Counted from the stretch's first letter, positions 1 through 8,638 are shown. The stretch is DNA of 64,000 nt from an uncultured Candidatus Peribacteria bacterium (GCA_964641555.1 CAZXKA010000004.1:30886-94885); one strand, 5' to 3'. Numbers and translations: made by a program. The notes: a model not told the origin generated them from the sequence alone.

Positions 1-2
1 TG

Positions 3-260
3 CGCGGCGCCGCGAGCAATTTGCTCAGCATCCGCTCAACACAATCGGGTTCCGCCGCGCGCCTGATCCTGGATACCGACGGTGGCAGCCAGACGATCGA
101 TTACCTGAATGTCCAAGATAACAACGCGACGGGCGGCGCGACGCTCGTCTGTTTAACGGCCACGGAAGGATGCGTCGATGGCGGAAACACCACGAACTGG
201 ACCTTCACGAGCGGAGGGGGAGGAGCGAACAATTTCTTCCGCCTCTTGTTCTTCGATTAA
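3..260 (+). CDS. 3' end of a surface/secreted protein gene that begins left of the window (5'-partial)
   Basis: Frame open from the window edge to TAA 258-260. G/C third-position bias matches neighbouring genes. Gly/Thr/Asn-rich tail (...VDGGNTTNWTFTSGGGG...) is typical of surface repeat proteins. A hairpin follows. Confidence 0.5.
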   Translation, partial: RGAASNLLSIRSTQSGSAARLILDTDGGSQTIDYLNVQDNNATGGATLVCLTATEGCVDGGNTTNWTFTSGGGGANNFFRLLFFD

Positions 261-261
261 G

Positions 262-288
262 AAAGAGGCACGCGTTTCGGCGTGCCTC
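262..288. terminator. hairpin between convergent genes (candidate bidirectional terminator)
   Basis: GAGGCACGC (265-273) pairs with GCGTGCCTC (280-288), 6-nt loop. On the minus strand TTTCTT follows, which fits termination of the 313-1542 gene. Confidence 0.5.
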
Positions 289-312
289 CGTTCAGTTCGT
301 GTATAGAAGCCG

Positions 313-1542
313 TTACGGCGTCGTTGTTTCGATGTTCAGGTTCACGAAGCCGAGCGCGGCGTTGCGACCGAGCGTGCTGCCCGAGGCCGCGACCTTGATG
401 TAGAGCGTGCCGTAGCCCTTGGGCGTCCAGGTGCCTCCCGCCTGCGGACCCGTGATATTCGCCGTGGTCCACGAAGCACTGTTCAGTGCACCGCCGTTCG
501 TGAGCGTAACGTTGGCGCCCGCCGTGTCCTTCATGCGCACCGTGACGTGGTTATCCGAGGCATCGGCGTTGCCCGTTTTGTAGCGCAGCTCGATCGGCTT
601 CACGACGTCCCACGAGCTGAAGTTATCGGGAATGCGGAATCGGACGGAGAGCCAGTAGTCCTGGAGCGTGAACTTCGTCGTCGTCCACACGTACGAGTTG
701 TCGAGTGCACTGGTGCCGCCGGACATCGTGAGTTGACCGATGTAGCTGGAGCCGGACGCGAAGTAGACGGCGTTCGGGTATTCCGGATGGAACGACATGA
801 TAAGGCCCGAGCCGTTGCCGACGGAGGTCGTGGTCCACGTCAGGTTGCCCGCGCCGTCGTTGCGCAGGAACGTATTGGAACCGCCTTGCGACGTCGGGGC
901 GTTGTACGTCACGCCGCGGAGCGTCAGGGCACCGTCGACCGTGAGCGTGGAGCCGGAGAGGTTGCCGTCCGTCCGGATCGTGCCGGACGCCGAGAGAGCT
1001 CCGCGCACGTTGGCGTTGCCGTCGACCGTGAGGGACGAACCGGAGAGATAGCCGAGCACGCTGACGTCGTCGCTGAAGCTGAATTCCTGTTCGGTATTCA
1101 GGAACTTCAACGTCTCGGACGTGCCGAACGTCAACGTGGTATCCGCGGCCGTGCCGTCGGCGTTCAACGTCAGATCGCCGTCCGTGCGGATCGAACCGGA
1201 CGCGTTGAGCGCGCCGTGGATGTCCGCCGCGCCGTCGACGCGAAGCACGGAGCCGGAGAGAATCCCCAGCACGGACAAGTCATCCGTGAATTGGAACGTC
1301 CCCTCGCTGCGATTCCAAATGAGCTTCTCGTTGAGCGTTCCGCCGAACCGGATTTCGACGTCCGTCGTGCTGTCGCCTTCGTCGATCGTTTGAAACGATT
1401 CCGTGTTCACCAGGAGCGTCGGCGCCCAGCTGGAGGCCGAGAGCGCGACTTGCGGAAAGGCCATGCTCGCCGCCACCGCGATCGCGGCGATGCGCGCGGA
1501 GGCGCGTCGCCAGGAGTGAGCCGAAATCTGCGGAAGATGCAT
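313..1542 (-). CDS. secreted repeat protein with unnamed C-terminal module
   Basis: 409-aa ORF with a signal-like N-terminus (RRASARIAAIAVAASMAFPQVALSAS). Degenerate repeats LSGS.L.VDG.A...GAL.ASG.IRTDG. The last ~150 aa align with the C-terminus of the 1622-3922 protein. Confidence 0.8.
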   Translation of the reverse strand: MHLPQISAHSWRRASARIAAIAVAASMAFPQVALSASSWAPTLLVNTESFQTIDEGDSTTDVEIRFGGTLNEKLIWNRSEGTFQFTDDLSVLGILSGSVLRVDGAADIHGALNASGSIRTDGDLTLNADGTAADTTLTFGTSETLKFLNTEQEFSFSDDVSVLGYLSGSSLTVDGNANVRGALSASGTIRTDGNLSGSTLTVDGALTLRGVTYNAPTSQGGSNTFLRNDGAGNLTWTTTSVGNGSGLIMSFHPEYPNAVYFASGSSYIGQLTMSGGTSALDNSYVWTTTKFTLQDYWLSVRFRIPDNFSSWDVVKPIELRYKTGNADASDNHVTVRMKDTAGANVTLTNGGALNSASWTTANITGPQAGGTWTPKGYGTLYIKVAASGSTLGRNAALGFVNLNIETTTP

Positions 1543-1621
1543 AGCGGTTTGTGTGGGTTTCGGATCATTGTATCAAAAACCACGGAAAACCGCAAGGGGC
1601 AATGCCTATGAAAAAGAGGGA

Positions 1622-3922
1622 TTAAGGAGGCGTTAGGCGCACATAGGTGAGCTTGAGAGCGGCGATATCGGCCGCGTTGTCGCTCTTGGCGGAGACCTTG
1701 ATACGCACGAGGAACTCCTGCCCGGCGGTCCAGGTCGGGGCACCCGCGTACGCCAGGTTCGTCGTGGCCCACGTCGTCGATGCGAGATCCGTCGCGGACC
1801 CGCTGAGCGTAACGGCGTTCCCCGCGGTATCCGTAACGGCGATATCGATTTGATTGTCGGCCGAGAGCGCGGTGGTCGTCTTGTACGCAAGCGAGAGCGG
1901 GGTCGCACTCCAGCGAACGAAATCGGAGGGCAGCGCGATGCGCACGAGCACGTCGTAGTCCTGCAACGTCGAGCGCGTGCTCGTCCAGCGGTAGTGGTTG
2001 CGGAGCGTCGACGCGTCGTTTTGGATCGAGAGCTGACCCACGTTGTCGGCGCCGTCGGCTTGATAACCCGCATGGGGATACTCGGCGTTGTACACGACTT
2101 CGGTCGTTTGCTCGCGATCATCCGACTGAACGATGCGTCGGTCGCGGACCTGCGTGATGCCCGCCGCGCCCGTCACGACTTCGGCGAGGCGGATGATCGC
2201 TTCGTCGGTCGGGAACGGCATGAGACGCACGGTGAGACCGCCGGAGCCGATGAACACGTAGCTCGTCGCGTTCGCCGCCACAGCCACGTTTGAATCGCCC
2301 GTGTAATCCGTGACGTCGCCGTTCAAGCGGTAACTGCCGCCCGCGACGTTGATGTTCAGCCCCGCGCCGCTGCTCACCTGCAGTTGGCTGTCGCCTCCGC
2401 CGGAGAGATTCGAAATGTCGATTCCGTTGATGAGTCCCGTGACGGTGAGGTCTCCTTCGATCCGCAGGTCGTCGTTGAAGACGAAGCGCGAATTCGCGAT
2501 GTCGTACTTCAAGGTTTTCGCGAGCGCCGTGCCGAACTGGAGCGTGATCTCGGTCGTGGCGAGGTTCGCTGCGTCGATCACGAAGGTTTGGACGTTCGTA
2601 CCGCCCGGAATCGTCGCCACCGCAAGGCGCCCGCCGCTACCCAGGAGCGGAATCGCGCCGCTGCCCGTGCCGATTTCACGCTGATCGAGTAAGTCGGCGT
2701 TCTGTGCGAAGGGCAGCGACAGGATGGGGGAGCGGTCGATCGCCGCATCGGACGGGTTCACATCGAGCAGTTCGTAACTCGTGTCGGCGGCCGCAGCGGC
2801 TTTCACCTCGACCTGCAAAAACAGATTGTCGAGATCCGCCGCGCTCACGGCGGAGAGATCCGGCAATGCGGCGCTCTCGCCGAGCACGACCGAAAAGTAC
2901 CCCTGGCTGTCGGGCGTCACCGCGTGCGTCTCGGTCCAACCGGCGTAGGTCGCGGCGCCCGCGTTGATCGCGCCCGTGCCGGTCACGTCGCCGCTCACCG
3001 CGTCGCGGCTATACCACTCGCTGAAGCGAATGCTGACCTCCGTCGTAATCGGCGCGCCGTCGCTGCCGAGCAAGCGGCCGTTGTAGACGTGCTTCTGCGG
3101 CGAGGAAACGGCGGCAGAGGCCGTCTGGAGCACGAGGAGCGTGGCCGCGACGATGAGAGCGATCAGCAGCGCCGTGCGCAGCCCGCGTCGGCGCTGGTTC
3201 GAAAGCCGTCCCAGGCGCGACAGGAAGAACAGGGTTGCCGCAAGAGCACCGAGAACGAAGGCGAGAATCAGGAGCAGGATGCCGATCGGCGATTGCGTGC
3301 ACGCACCGAGCATTTCGATGAACGCACCCGTCTCGGTTGAAACGATCACCGTGCCGGAGCCGCTTGGCGTGAGATCGACCGGCTTGCCGAACGGACCGAT
3401 GCAGAGAATCGTGAGACATTGATTCGGTTCCTCGCCGGGCGTTTCTTCGTCCGGCGCGGCGGGACGAAGCGAGAAAGAAGAAACAGAAGCAGAAAACAGA
3501 GACGATGCGGACGACCGCGGAATACGGCTGCGAACGGACGATGTCGACGACGCGCTCGACGAGGGTTGCGTCGAAACGCTCGAACGAGACGAAGAGCGGA
3601 TCGGCGGAACGTCATCGCCGTCGTCCGAATCGTCGCTGGCCACGGACGACGCAGCGGAAGAGGATGCTTCGCTTGAGGTTGCGCCCGTGACGATCGTGAA
3701 CGTTTGACCCGTCAGCGGCGCTTCCTGGCGCCACGAGAGATCACCCGTCAGGCGATAGCCCGTCGATTCCGCCATCGTGCCCGCGGCGTGCATCGGCCCG
3801 ATCTGTTGCATCGAGTAGGATGCCGAATCGGCGGCGCTCGCCGCTCCCGGGATCACCAATACGGCCGCGAAGCACGCGGCTGCAAGGAAGAGAAGCGAGG
3901 TGATGCGTGACTGAATATTCAT
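1622..3922 (-). CDS. large Ser-rich surface protein with internal TM hairpin and the same C-terminal module
   Basis: 766-aa ORF. Signal peptide MNIQSRITSLLFLAAACFAAVLVIPGAASA, Ser-rich stalk, two internal hydrophobic helices (residues ~212-234 and ~250-266) separated by a basic loop, then a beta-rich region and the shared C-terminal module. Confidence 0.8.
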   Translation of the reverse strand: MNIQSRITSLLFLAAACFAAVLVIPGAASAADSASYSMQQIGPMHAAGTMAESTGYRLTGDLSWRQEAPLTGQTFTIVTGATSSEASSSAASSVASDDSDDGDDVPPIRSSSRSSVSTQPSSSASSTSSVRSRIPRSSASSLFSASVSSFSLRPAAPDEETPGEEPNQCLTILCIGPFGKPVDLTPSGSGTVIVSTETGAFIEMLGACTQSPIGILLLILAFVLGALAATLFFLSRLGRLSNQRRRGLRTALLIALIVAATLLVLQTASAAVSSPQKHVYNGRLLGSDGAPITTEVSIRFSEWYSRDAVSGDVTGTGAINAGAATYAGWTETHAVTPDSQGYFSVVLGESAALPDLSAVSAADLDNLFLQVEVKAAAAADTSYELLDVNPSDAAIDRSPILSLPFAQNADLLDQREIGTGSGAIPLLGSGGRLAVATIPGGTNVQTFVIDAANLATTEITLQFGTALAKTLKYDIANSRFVFNDDLRIEGDLTVTGLINGIDISNLSGGGDSQLQVSSGAGLNINVAGGSYRLNGDVTDYTGDSNVAVAANATSYVFIGSGGLTVRLMPFPTDEAIIRLAEVVTGAAGITQVRDRRIVQSDDREQTTEVVYNAEYPHAGYQADGADNVGQLSIQNDASTLRNHYRWTSTRSTLQDYDVLVRIALPSDFVRWSATPLSLAYKTTTALSADNQIDIAVTDTAGNAVTLSGSATDLASTTWATTNLAYAGAPTWTAGQEFLVRIKVSAKSDNAADIAALKLTYVRLTPP

Positions 3923-4096
3923 TTTGTTTTGTAATGTTATTTTTAACTTTGTATATATTATACATTAATATTCATTAAGTGTCTAGTACCGTCTTTGGCT
4001 TGCAAGAGGGGTAAAACGATGCCCGAACAACGGCGTTCATTCGTGACGCTCGGCATTCGGATGCTACGATGCGCCCGACCGTTTCTCCGCAACCCC

Positions 4097-5125
4097 ATGA
4101 CGTTCTCCCTTCGTCTCCTCCCCGTTGCCGCCACGCTCGCGCTCCTGCCCCTGTCGGCCGCGGCCCAGACGGCATCGTTCAAAGACGTACCTCCGTCGCA
4201 CCCCGCGTTCGCGGCGGTCGAGTACTTGAAGACGCAAGGCGTGTTGCAGGGCTACGCGGACGGAACGTTCAAACCCGACGCGAAGGTGAACCGTGCGGAA
4301 GCGACGAAGATCATCGTGGCCCCCTCCGTGGGCGCGGACGTGCTCGCAACCGCGACGTCATCGGTCTACACCGACGTGCCGCAAGGCGCGTGGTTCCTCC
4401 CGTACGTCGAGGCCGCTCGGCAAATCCTGCAGATCGTCGACGGTCCGCCGAAAGCGACCGCGTTCGCCCCCACGCGCAACGTGAACAAGGCGGAGTTCAT
4501 CAAGATGCTCCTCGGTGCCAACAAGGTCGATTCATCGACGGTGCTTGGCGAAATCCGCACGGGCCTCGCGACGGACGTCGTGAATCCCGATGAGTGGTTC
4601 TACCCGCACATGCGCTTCGCGATCGCGTCGTCGATGACGATGGTCGCGGAAGATGGCACGCTGAACCCGGCCCAGGAACTCACGCGCGGCCAAGTGGCGC
4701 TCCTCTTGTACCGCCTCGAAATGTTCAAGCAGGGCCGCCGCACGCAGGCGCTCCTCACCGAGGCCGAGACCGAAATCCTGAACGTCCTCGCGCTCTTCGA
4801 GAACAAAGACATCGTGAACGCCGAGTACGCCGCCACGCGCTCGACGGTCGCCGCGCGCGGCGCGCTCATCAGCGCCCCGGACGAAGCGATCGTGAAGGGC
4901 GCCGTGAAAATTTCGGAAGGGTTCCAGTCGCTCGTCGGCGCGTACAAAGCGGGCCTCGGCGGCGACTTGAACGGCACGATCACGCTGGCGGGGGCCGCCT
5001 GGAACAGCGCCGCGAAGGCGATGGAATTCAGCCCCGGCCTGACGCAGGTCGCCACGCAGATGCAAGGCATCGCCAAGGGCCTCGCCGACGAAGCGCGCGC
5101 GCTGCAAGCGAGCCAAGGGCAGTAA
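4097..5125 (+). CDS. SLH-domain surface protein
   Basis: ORF 3995-5125. ATG 4097 was chosen because it opens a signal peptide (MTFSLRLLPVAATLALLPLSAAAQ). SLH-type repeats are present (FKDVPPSHPAFAAVEYLKTQGVLQGYADGTFKPDAKVNRAEATKII; YTDVPQGAWFLPYVEAA; NVNKAEFIKML). Confidence 0.8.
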   Translation: MTFSLRLLPVAATLALLPLSAAAQTASFKDVPPSHPAFAAVEYLKTQGVLQGYADGTFKPDAKVNRAEATKIIVAPSVGADVLATATSSVYTDVPQGAWFLPYVEAARQILQIVDGPPKATAFAPTRNVNKAEFIKMLLGANKVDSSTVLGEIRTGLATDVVNPDEWFYPHMRFAIASSMTMVAEDGTLNPAQELTRGQVALLLYRLEMFKQGRRTQALLTEAETEILNVLALFENKDIVNAEYAATRSTVAARGALISAPDEAIVKGAVKISEGFQSLVGAYKAGLGGDLNGTITLAGAAWNSAAKAMEFSPGLTQVATQMQGIAKGLADEARALQASQGQ

Positions 5126-5128
5126 GAA

Positions 5129-7489
5129 TCATTTCTTCTTTCCGCGCCACGCCCGTTTCGGGCTCGTCTTCTTTTTCTCAAGGAGCTCGACCGCTTCCTC
5201 GAGCGTGATCGCCTCGGGCGTAAAGCGCTTGGGGACCGAGCAGTTGGTCTCGCCGTCCGTCACGTAGGGGCCATAGCGGCCGGTCTTCACGTGCACGTCG
5301 TTGCCCGACGGGCTCTTGCCCAGCGTGCGCAGCGGTTCCGCCGCCTTCGCTTTGCGCGCCGCGCTGTCCGCTACGTGACGCACCGCTTCTTCAAGGGTGA
5401 TCGTGCCCGGATCGATCTCGCCGAGGCTGGCGGTCTTTTCGCCCCACTTCACGTACGGACCGAAACGCCCCAGGAACACCGTCACCTCGCCGCCATCATG
5501 CACGCCGAGTTTGCGCGGGAACGCGAGCAAGGACATCGCCTGCTCCATCGTCACGTCGTCGATGAGGATGTGCTTTGGCAGCGACGCCGTTTTCAGCGAA
5601 TCTTTCTTGTCTTTCTTCTTTTTCTTTTCACCTTTCTTCGGTTTCGGCTCATTCGGATCGAGCCGCCCCAGCTGCACGTACGGCCCGAAACGCCCCGTGC
5701 GGACGATCACCTCGAGCTTCGTCGCGGGATCCGTGCCGAGCACGCGTTCCTTCAAGACGTCCGATTTCTTGATCTCCTTCGTCTTCGCGTCGACGTGTTC
5801 CTTGAACGGATCGAAGAATCCGTGGAGGAACGCGGGCGTCTTGATCTTCCCCTCGGCGATGTCGTCGAGCGATTGCTCCATCGTGGCGGTGAACGCCAGA
5901 TCAACGATCTGCGGAAAGTGCTCCTTGAGCAGGTCCGTCACCGTGAACGCGATCTCCTCGGGGATCAGCTGCTTGCCGTCCTTGCGGATGTAGCCGCGCT
6001 GCTGGACGACGCTGATCGTCGGGGCATACGTCGACGGTCGGCCGATGCCTTGTTCCTCAAGCATTTTCACCAAGCTCGCTTCGGTGTAGCGCGGCGGCGG
6101 TTTCGTAAAGTGCTGCTCGGGCGTGAGTTCGTCGAGCGCGAGCGATTGCCCTTCGGAGAGGGGAGGGAGAATCGCTTCACTATCGTCGCCTTCCGGATGC
6201 TCATCGCCTTCATCGCGGTCCTCGCGGTACACGCGGAGGAAGCCATCGAACGTAATCGTCTGCCCCGTGGCGCGGAAGGTGTAGTCGCTTGCGGTGATGT
6301 CGGCCGCGACGCGTTTGAACTCCGCCTGAGGCATCTGCGTGGCCATGGTGCGGTTCCAAATGAGCGTGTAGAGCTTCAGCTGTTGATGATCGAGCACGTC
6401 CGCAAGACTCTCGGGCGTGCGCGAAATTTCGGTCGGGCGGATCGCTTCGTGCGCTTCCTGCGCGCCCTTCGATTTATTTTTGAACGCGCGCGGCTCGGCG
6501 AGCACGTACTCGCGGCCGAATTTCTTTTCGATCGTTTCCTTCGCGTCGTCGAGCGCCTTCTTGCTCAGGTTCACGGAGTCGGTACGCATGTAGGTGATGA
6601 GACCCACCGGCCCTTCGCCTTTGCCGAGGGAGATGCCTTCGTACAGCTGCTGCGCCACGACCATCGTCTGCTTCACCGAGAATCCCAGCTTGCGCGCGGC
6701 CTCCTGCTGCAGCGTCGATGTCGTGAACGGCGCGGTCGGATTGCGCGTCACGTCTTTCTCTTCCGTCTTCGCAACGCTGTAACTCGCTCCTTCCAAACCC
6801 TTCAGCACCGCATCCATTTCTTCCTGGGAGGACGGCACGAACTTCTCACCTTTCCTTTGTGACAGTGCCGCTTTGAACGTTTCTTTCTTCTCCGTCTGCA
6901 GCTCGGCTTCGAGCGACCAGTACTCGACCGGCACGAACGCGCGGATCTCGCGCTCGCGATCGACGATGATCCGCACCGCCACCGACTGCACGCGCCCGGC
7001 GGAGAGACCGGAGTACACCTTCTTCCACAAGAACGGCGACAGCGTGTAGCCGACGAGGCGATCGAGGATGCGGCGCGCCTGCTGCGCGTCGACCAGATCC
7101 ATATCGAGCGTGCGCGCGTTCTCCACGGCGTGCTTGATCGCGGTCTCGGTGATTTCGTGGAACACGATGCGCTTCACGTGCTTGTAGTCCTTGATCTTCA
7201 ACGCCTGCGTCAGGTGCCAACCGATGGCTTCCCCTTCGCGATCTTCGTCCGTCGCGATCCATAAGTCCTCGCATTTTTTCAGTTCGGCTTTCAGTTTCTT
7301 CACCACCGATTCTTTCTCTTTCGTCACTTCGTACGTCGGTTCGAAATCGCCCGCCGTGTCGACCCCGAGTCCGCTTTCCGGCAGATCGCGGATGTGGCCC
7401 ATGCTCGCTTCCACGACGAAGTCCTTCCCCAGGAAGCGCTTGATGGTCTTCGCTTTGGCCGGTGATTCGACGACGACGAGGTGCGGCAT
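5129..7489 (-). CDS. topA: DNA topoisomerase I
   Basis: 786 aa. Toprim N-terminus MPHLVVVESPAKAKTIKRFLGKDF..GHIRDLP, conserved topo IA core, C-terminal GRFGPYV/GRYGPYV repeats and a Lys-rich linker. Confidence 0.97.
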   Translation of the reverse strand: MPHLVVVESPAKAKTIKRFLGKDFVVEASMGHIRDLPESGLGVDTAGDFEPTYEVTKEKESVVKKLKAELKKCEDLWIATDEDREGEAIGWHLTQALKIKDYKHVKRIVFHEITETAIKHAVENARTLDMDLVDAQQARRILDRLVGYTLSPFLWKKVYSGLSAGRVQSVAVRIIVDREREIRAFVPVEYWSLEAELQTEKKETFKAALSQRKGEKFVPSSQEEMDAVLKGLEGASYSVAKTEEKDVTRNPTAPFTTSTLQQEAARKLGFSVKQTMVVAQQLYEGISLGKGEGPVGLITYMRTDSVNLSKKALDDAKETIEKKFGREYVLAEPRAFKNKSKGAQEAHEAIRPTEISRTPESLADVLDHQQLKLYTLIWNRTMATQMPQAEFKRVAADITASDYTFRATGQTITFDGFLRVYREDRDEGDEHPEGDDSEAILPPLSEGQSLALDELTPEQHFTKPPPRYTEASLVKMLEEQGIGRPSTYAPTISVVQQRGYIRKDGKQLIPEEIAFTVTDLLKEHFPQIVDLAFTATMEQSLDDIAEGKIKTPAFLHGFFDPFKEHVDAKTKEIKKSDVLKERVLGTDPATKLEVIVRTGRFGPYVQLGRLDPNEPKPKKGEKKKKKDKKDSLKTASLPKHILIDDVTMEQAMSLLAFPRKLGVHDGGEVTVFLGRFGPYVKWGEKTASLGEIDPGTITLEEAVRHVADSAARKAKAAEPLRTLGKSPSGNDVHVKTGRYGPYVTDGETNCSVPKRFTPEAITLEEAVELLEKKKTSPKRAWRGKKK

Positions 7490-7594
7490 GGGCGTAATAA
7501 GGAAGGAGCCGTGCGGGGGAGACTACGGAGGGAAGAGCACGTTCGTCAAACGCGTCCGTGCCGGAATACCGAAAAATCGCTCGGACATACCGAA

Positions 7595-7623
7595 AGAACC
7601 CAACGCATCATGCGCTGGGTTCT
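7595..7623 (-). terminator. hairpin downstream of the 7646-8203 gene (weak terminator candidate)
   Basis: AGAACCCAACGCAT-TCA-ATGCGCTGGGTTCT. A 13-bp stem whose single mismatch becomes G-U on the minus strand. Only a short T tract follows. Confidence 0.35.
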
Positions 7624-7645
7624 TGGTCTTTGGCGGCGGAGTGCA

Positions 7646-8203
7646 TTAGCGCTTGAAGCGCTCGCCGGAGGCTTCCACCTCCGGCTCGGCGTACGCTTCC
7701 TCTTCGCCCAGATGGGCCGCGAGAGGGTGCGCGTCGGGGCGCTCCGTAACGTAATGCGTTACGTGCCCGATGACTGGATTGTTGCGGCCGCGCGCGCCCT
7801 GTTTTTTCAAGTGAGGCTCCACCCAGGAGCACTCGAGGAGATATTCCCCGAGGCCCTGGAGGCGGGGCTGGATCATCGTCCGTCGCCCGTCGGCGTGTAA
7901 TTTGATCACCCCCACACCCACTTCACCTTCCGCCGTATAGATGGGGGTGTTGGGGGTTTTTTTTTGGACCACCTTATGGACGCCGTCGCCGCCACCGCTG
8001 GACGACCAGCGAAATCCAGCCTTGATTTCGCGATACCCGGCGAAGCCGGGGTCTTCCAGCAGCACCGGCACGATGCCGGCGTAGCGGCCGAAAGACGTCC
8101 CCGCAGGGTGCGCCTCGTAGAATTCTTCATGCTCTTGATTCCAAGAAGCACGGAGGGTTTCGACGATGGCGCTGGGGACGATGGCGGTGAGTTCGAGACG
8201 CAT
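7646..8203 (-). CDS. hypothetical protein (185 aa)
   Basis: ORF 7646-8281. ATG 8203 was chosen because AGGAGA lies 6 nt upstream. GC3-rich. No family recognised. Confidence 0.7.
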   Translation of the reverse strand: MRLELTAIVPSAIVETLRASWNQEHEEFYEAHPAGTSFGRYAGIVPVLLEDPGFAGYREIKAGFRWSSSGGGDGVHKVVQKKTPNTPIYTAEGEVGVGVIKLHADGRRTMIQPRLQGLGEYLLECSWVEPHLKKQGARGRNNPVIGHVTHYVTERPDAHPLAAHLGEEEAYAEPEVEASGERFKR

Positions 8204-8407
8204 GGTGATTCTCCTTTGTAGGTTTCGGCTCACCAGAAGCCGCCCCTTTCGGGGAAAAAAGTGAAGAAAAACAGTTTCCACTCTGAAGACGAATATCCGC
8301 AGGGCGGAAACTGCTCCTCACTTGTTGCACTCCGCTGGTGCCAAGGATCTTGTCAGAATACGAAATTCTGACTTTATTAAAGTATACTATTTATAATATT
8401 TAGTCAA
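8204..8407 (-). promoter_or_regulatory. promoter-like elements plus ~170-nt structured leader of the 7646-8203 gene
   Basis: Minus strand has TTGACT (8407-8402), 15 nt, then TATACT (8386-8381). Next come hairpin GTCAGAAT/ATTCTGAC (8352-8372) and stem CAGTTTCC/GGAAACTG (8272-8313) followed by TTTTTCTT. A CCCC-GAAA-GGGG hairpin (8243-8254) and the SD AGGAGA complete the leader. Confidence 0.4.
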
Positions 8408-8507
8408 GTACCATCCGACTTGAGTACTTAAACACAGAATTCCAAAGCAAACCATCCATTTACGCACAAAATTCCCGCTTCTTGTGCATTCTTTGTGATC
8501 AGACTTT

Positions 8508-8586
8508 TTGGCTTATTGAAGCCAAGTAACTATTTTTTTGGCTTGCGCAAGCCATTCGAGAGCACGATTTGGCTTGCGGTAGCCAA
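8508..8586 (+). promoter_or_regulatory. three TTGGCT...AGCCAA palindromes upstream of hup
   Basis: TTGGCTT-ATTG-AAGCCAA (8508-8525), TGGCTTGCGCAAGCCA (8539-8554), TTGGCT-TGCGGT-AGCCAA (8569-8586). Centres are 30-31 bp apart and each is preceded by a T run. A -10-like TAGACT lies at 8596-8601. Confidence 0.5.
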
Positions 8587-8638
8587 CGCCGGCCGTAGAC
8601 TGAATGGCAAGTCTTCCTTACCTCCTCCCCCTCCTCCT

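Noticed and set aside
8204-8374. Leader region considered as an SRP RNA, 6S RNA, tmRNA or a known riboswitch class.
   Set aside because: Hallmark sequences are absent: no GGAAGCAGCC-type SRP helix 8 motif, no tRNA-like tmRNA 3' end, and no match to the riboswitch consensus cores I know. It is kept only as an unclassified structured leader.
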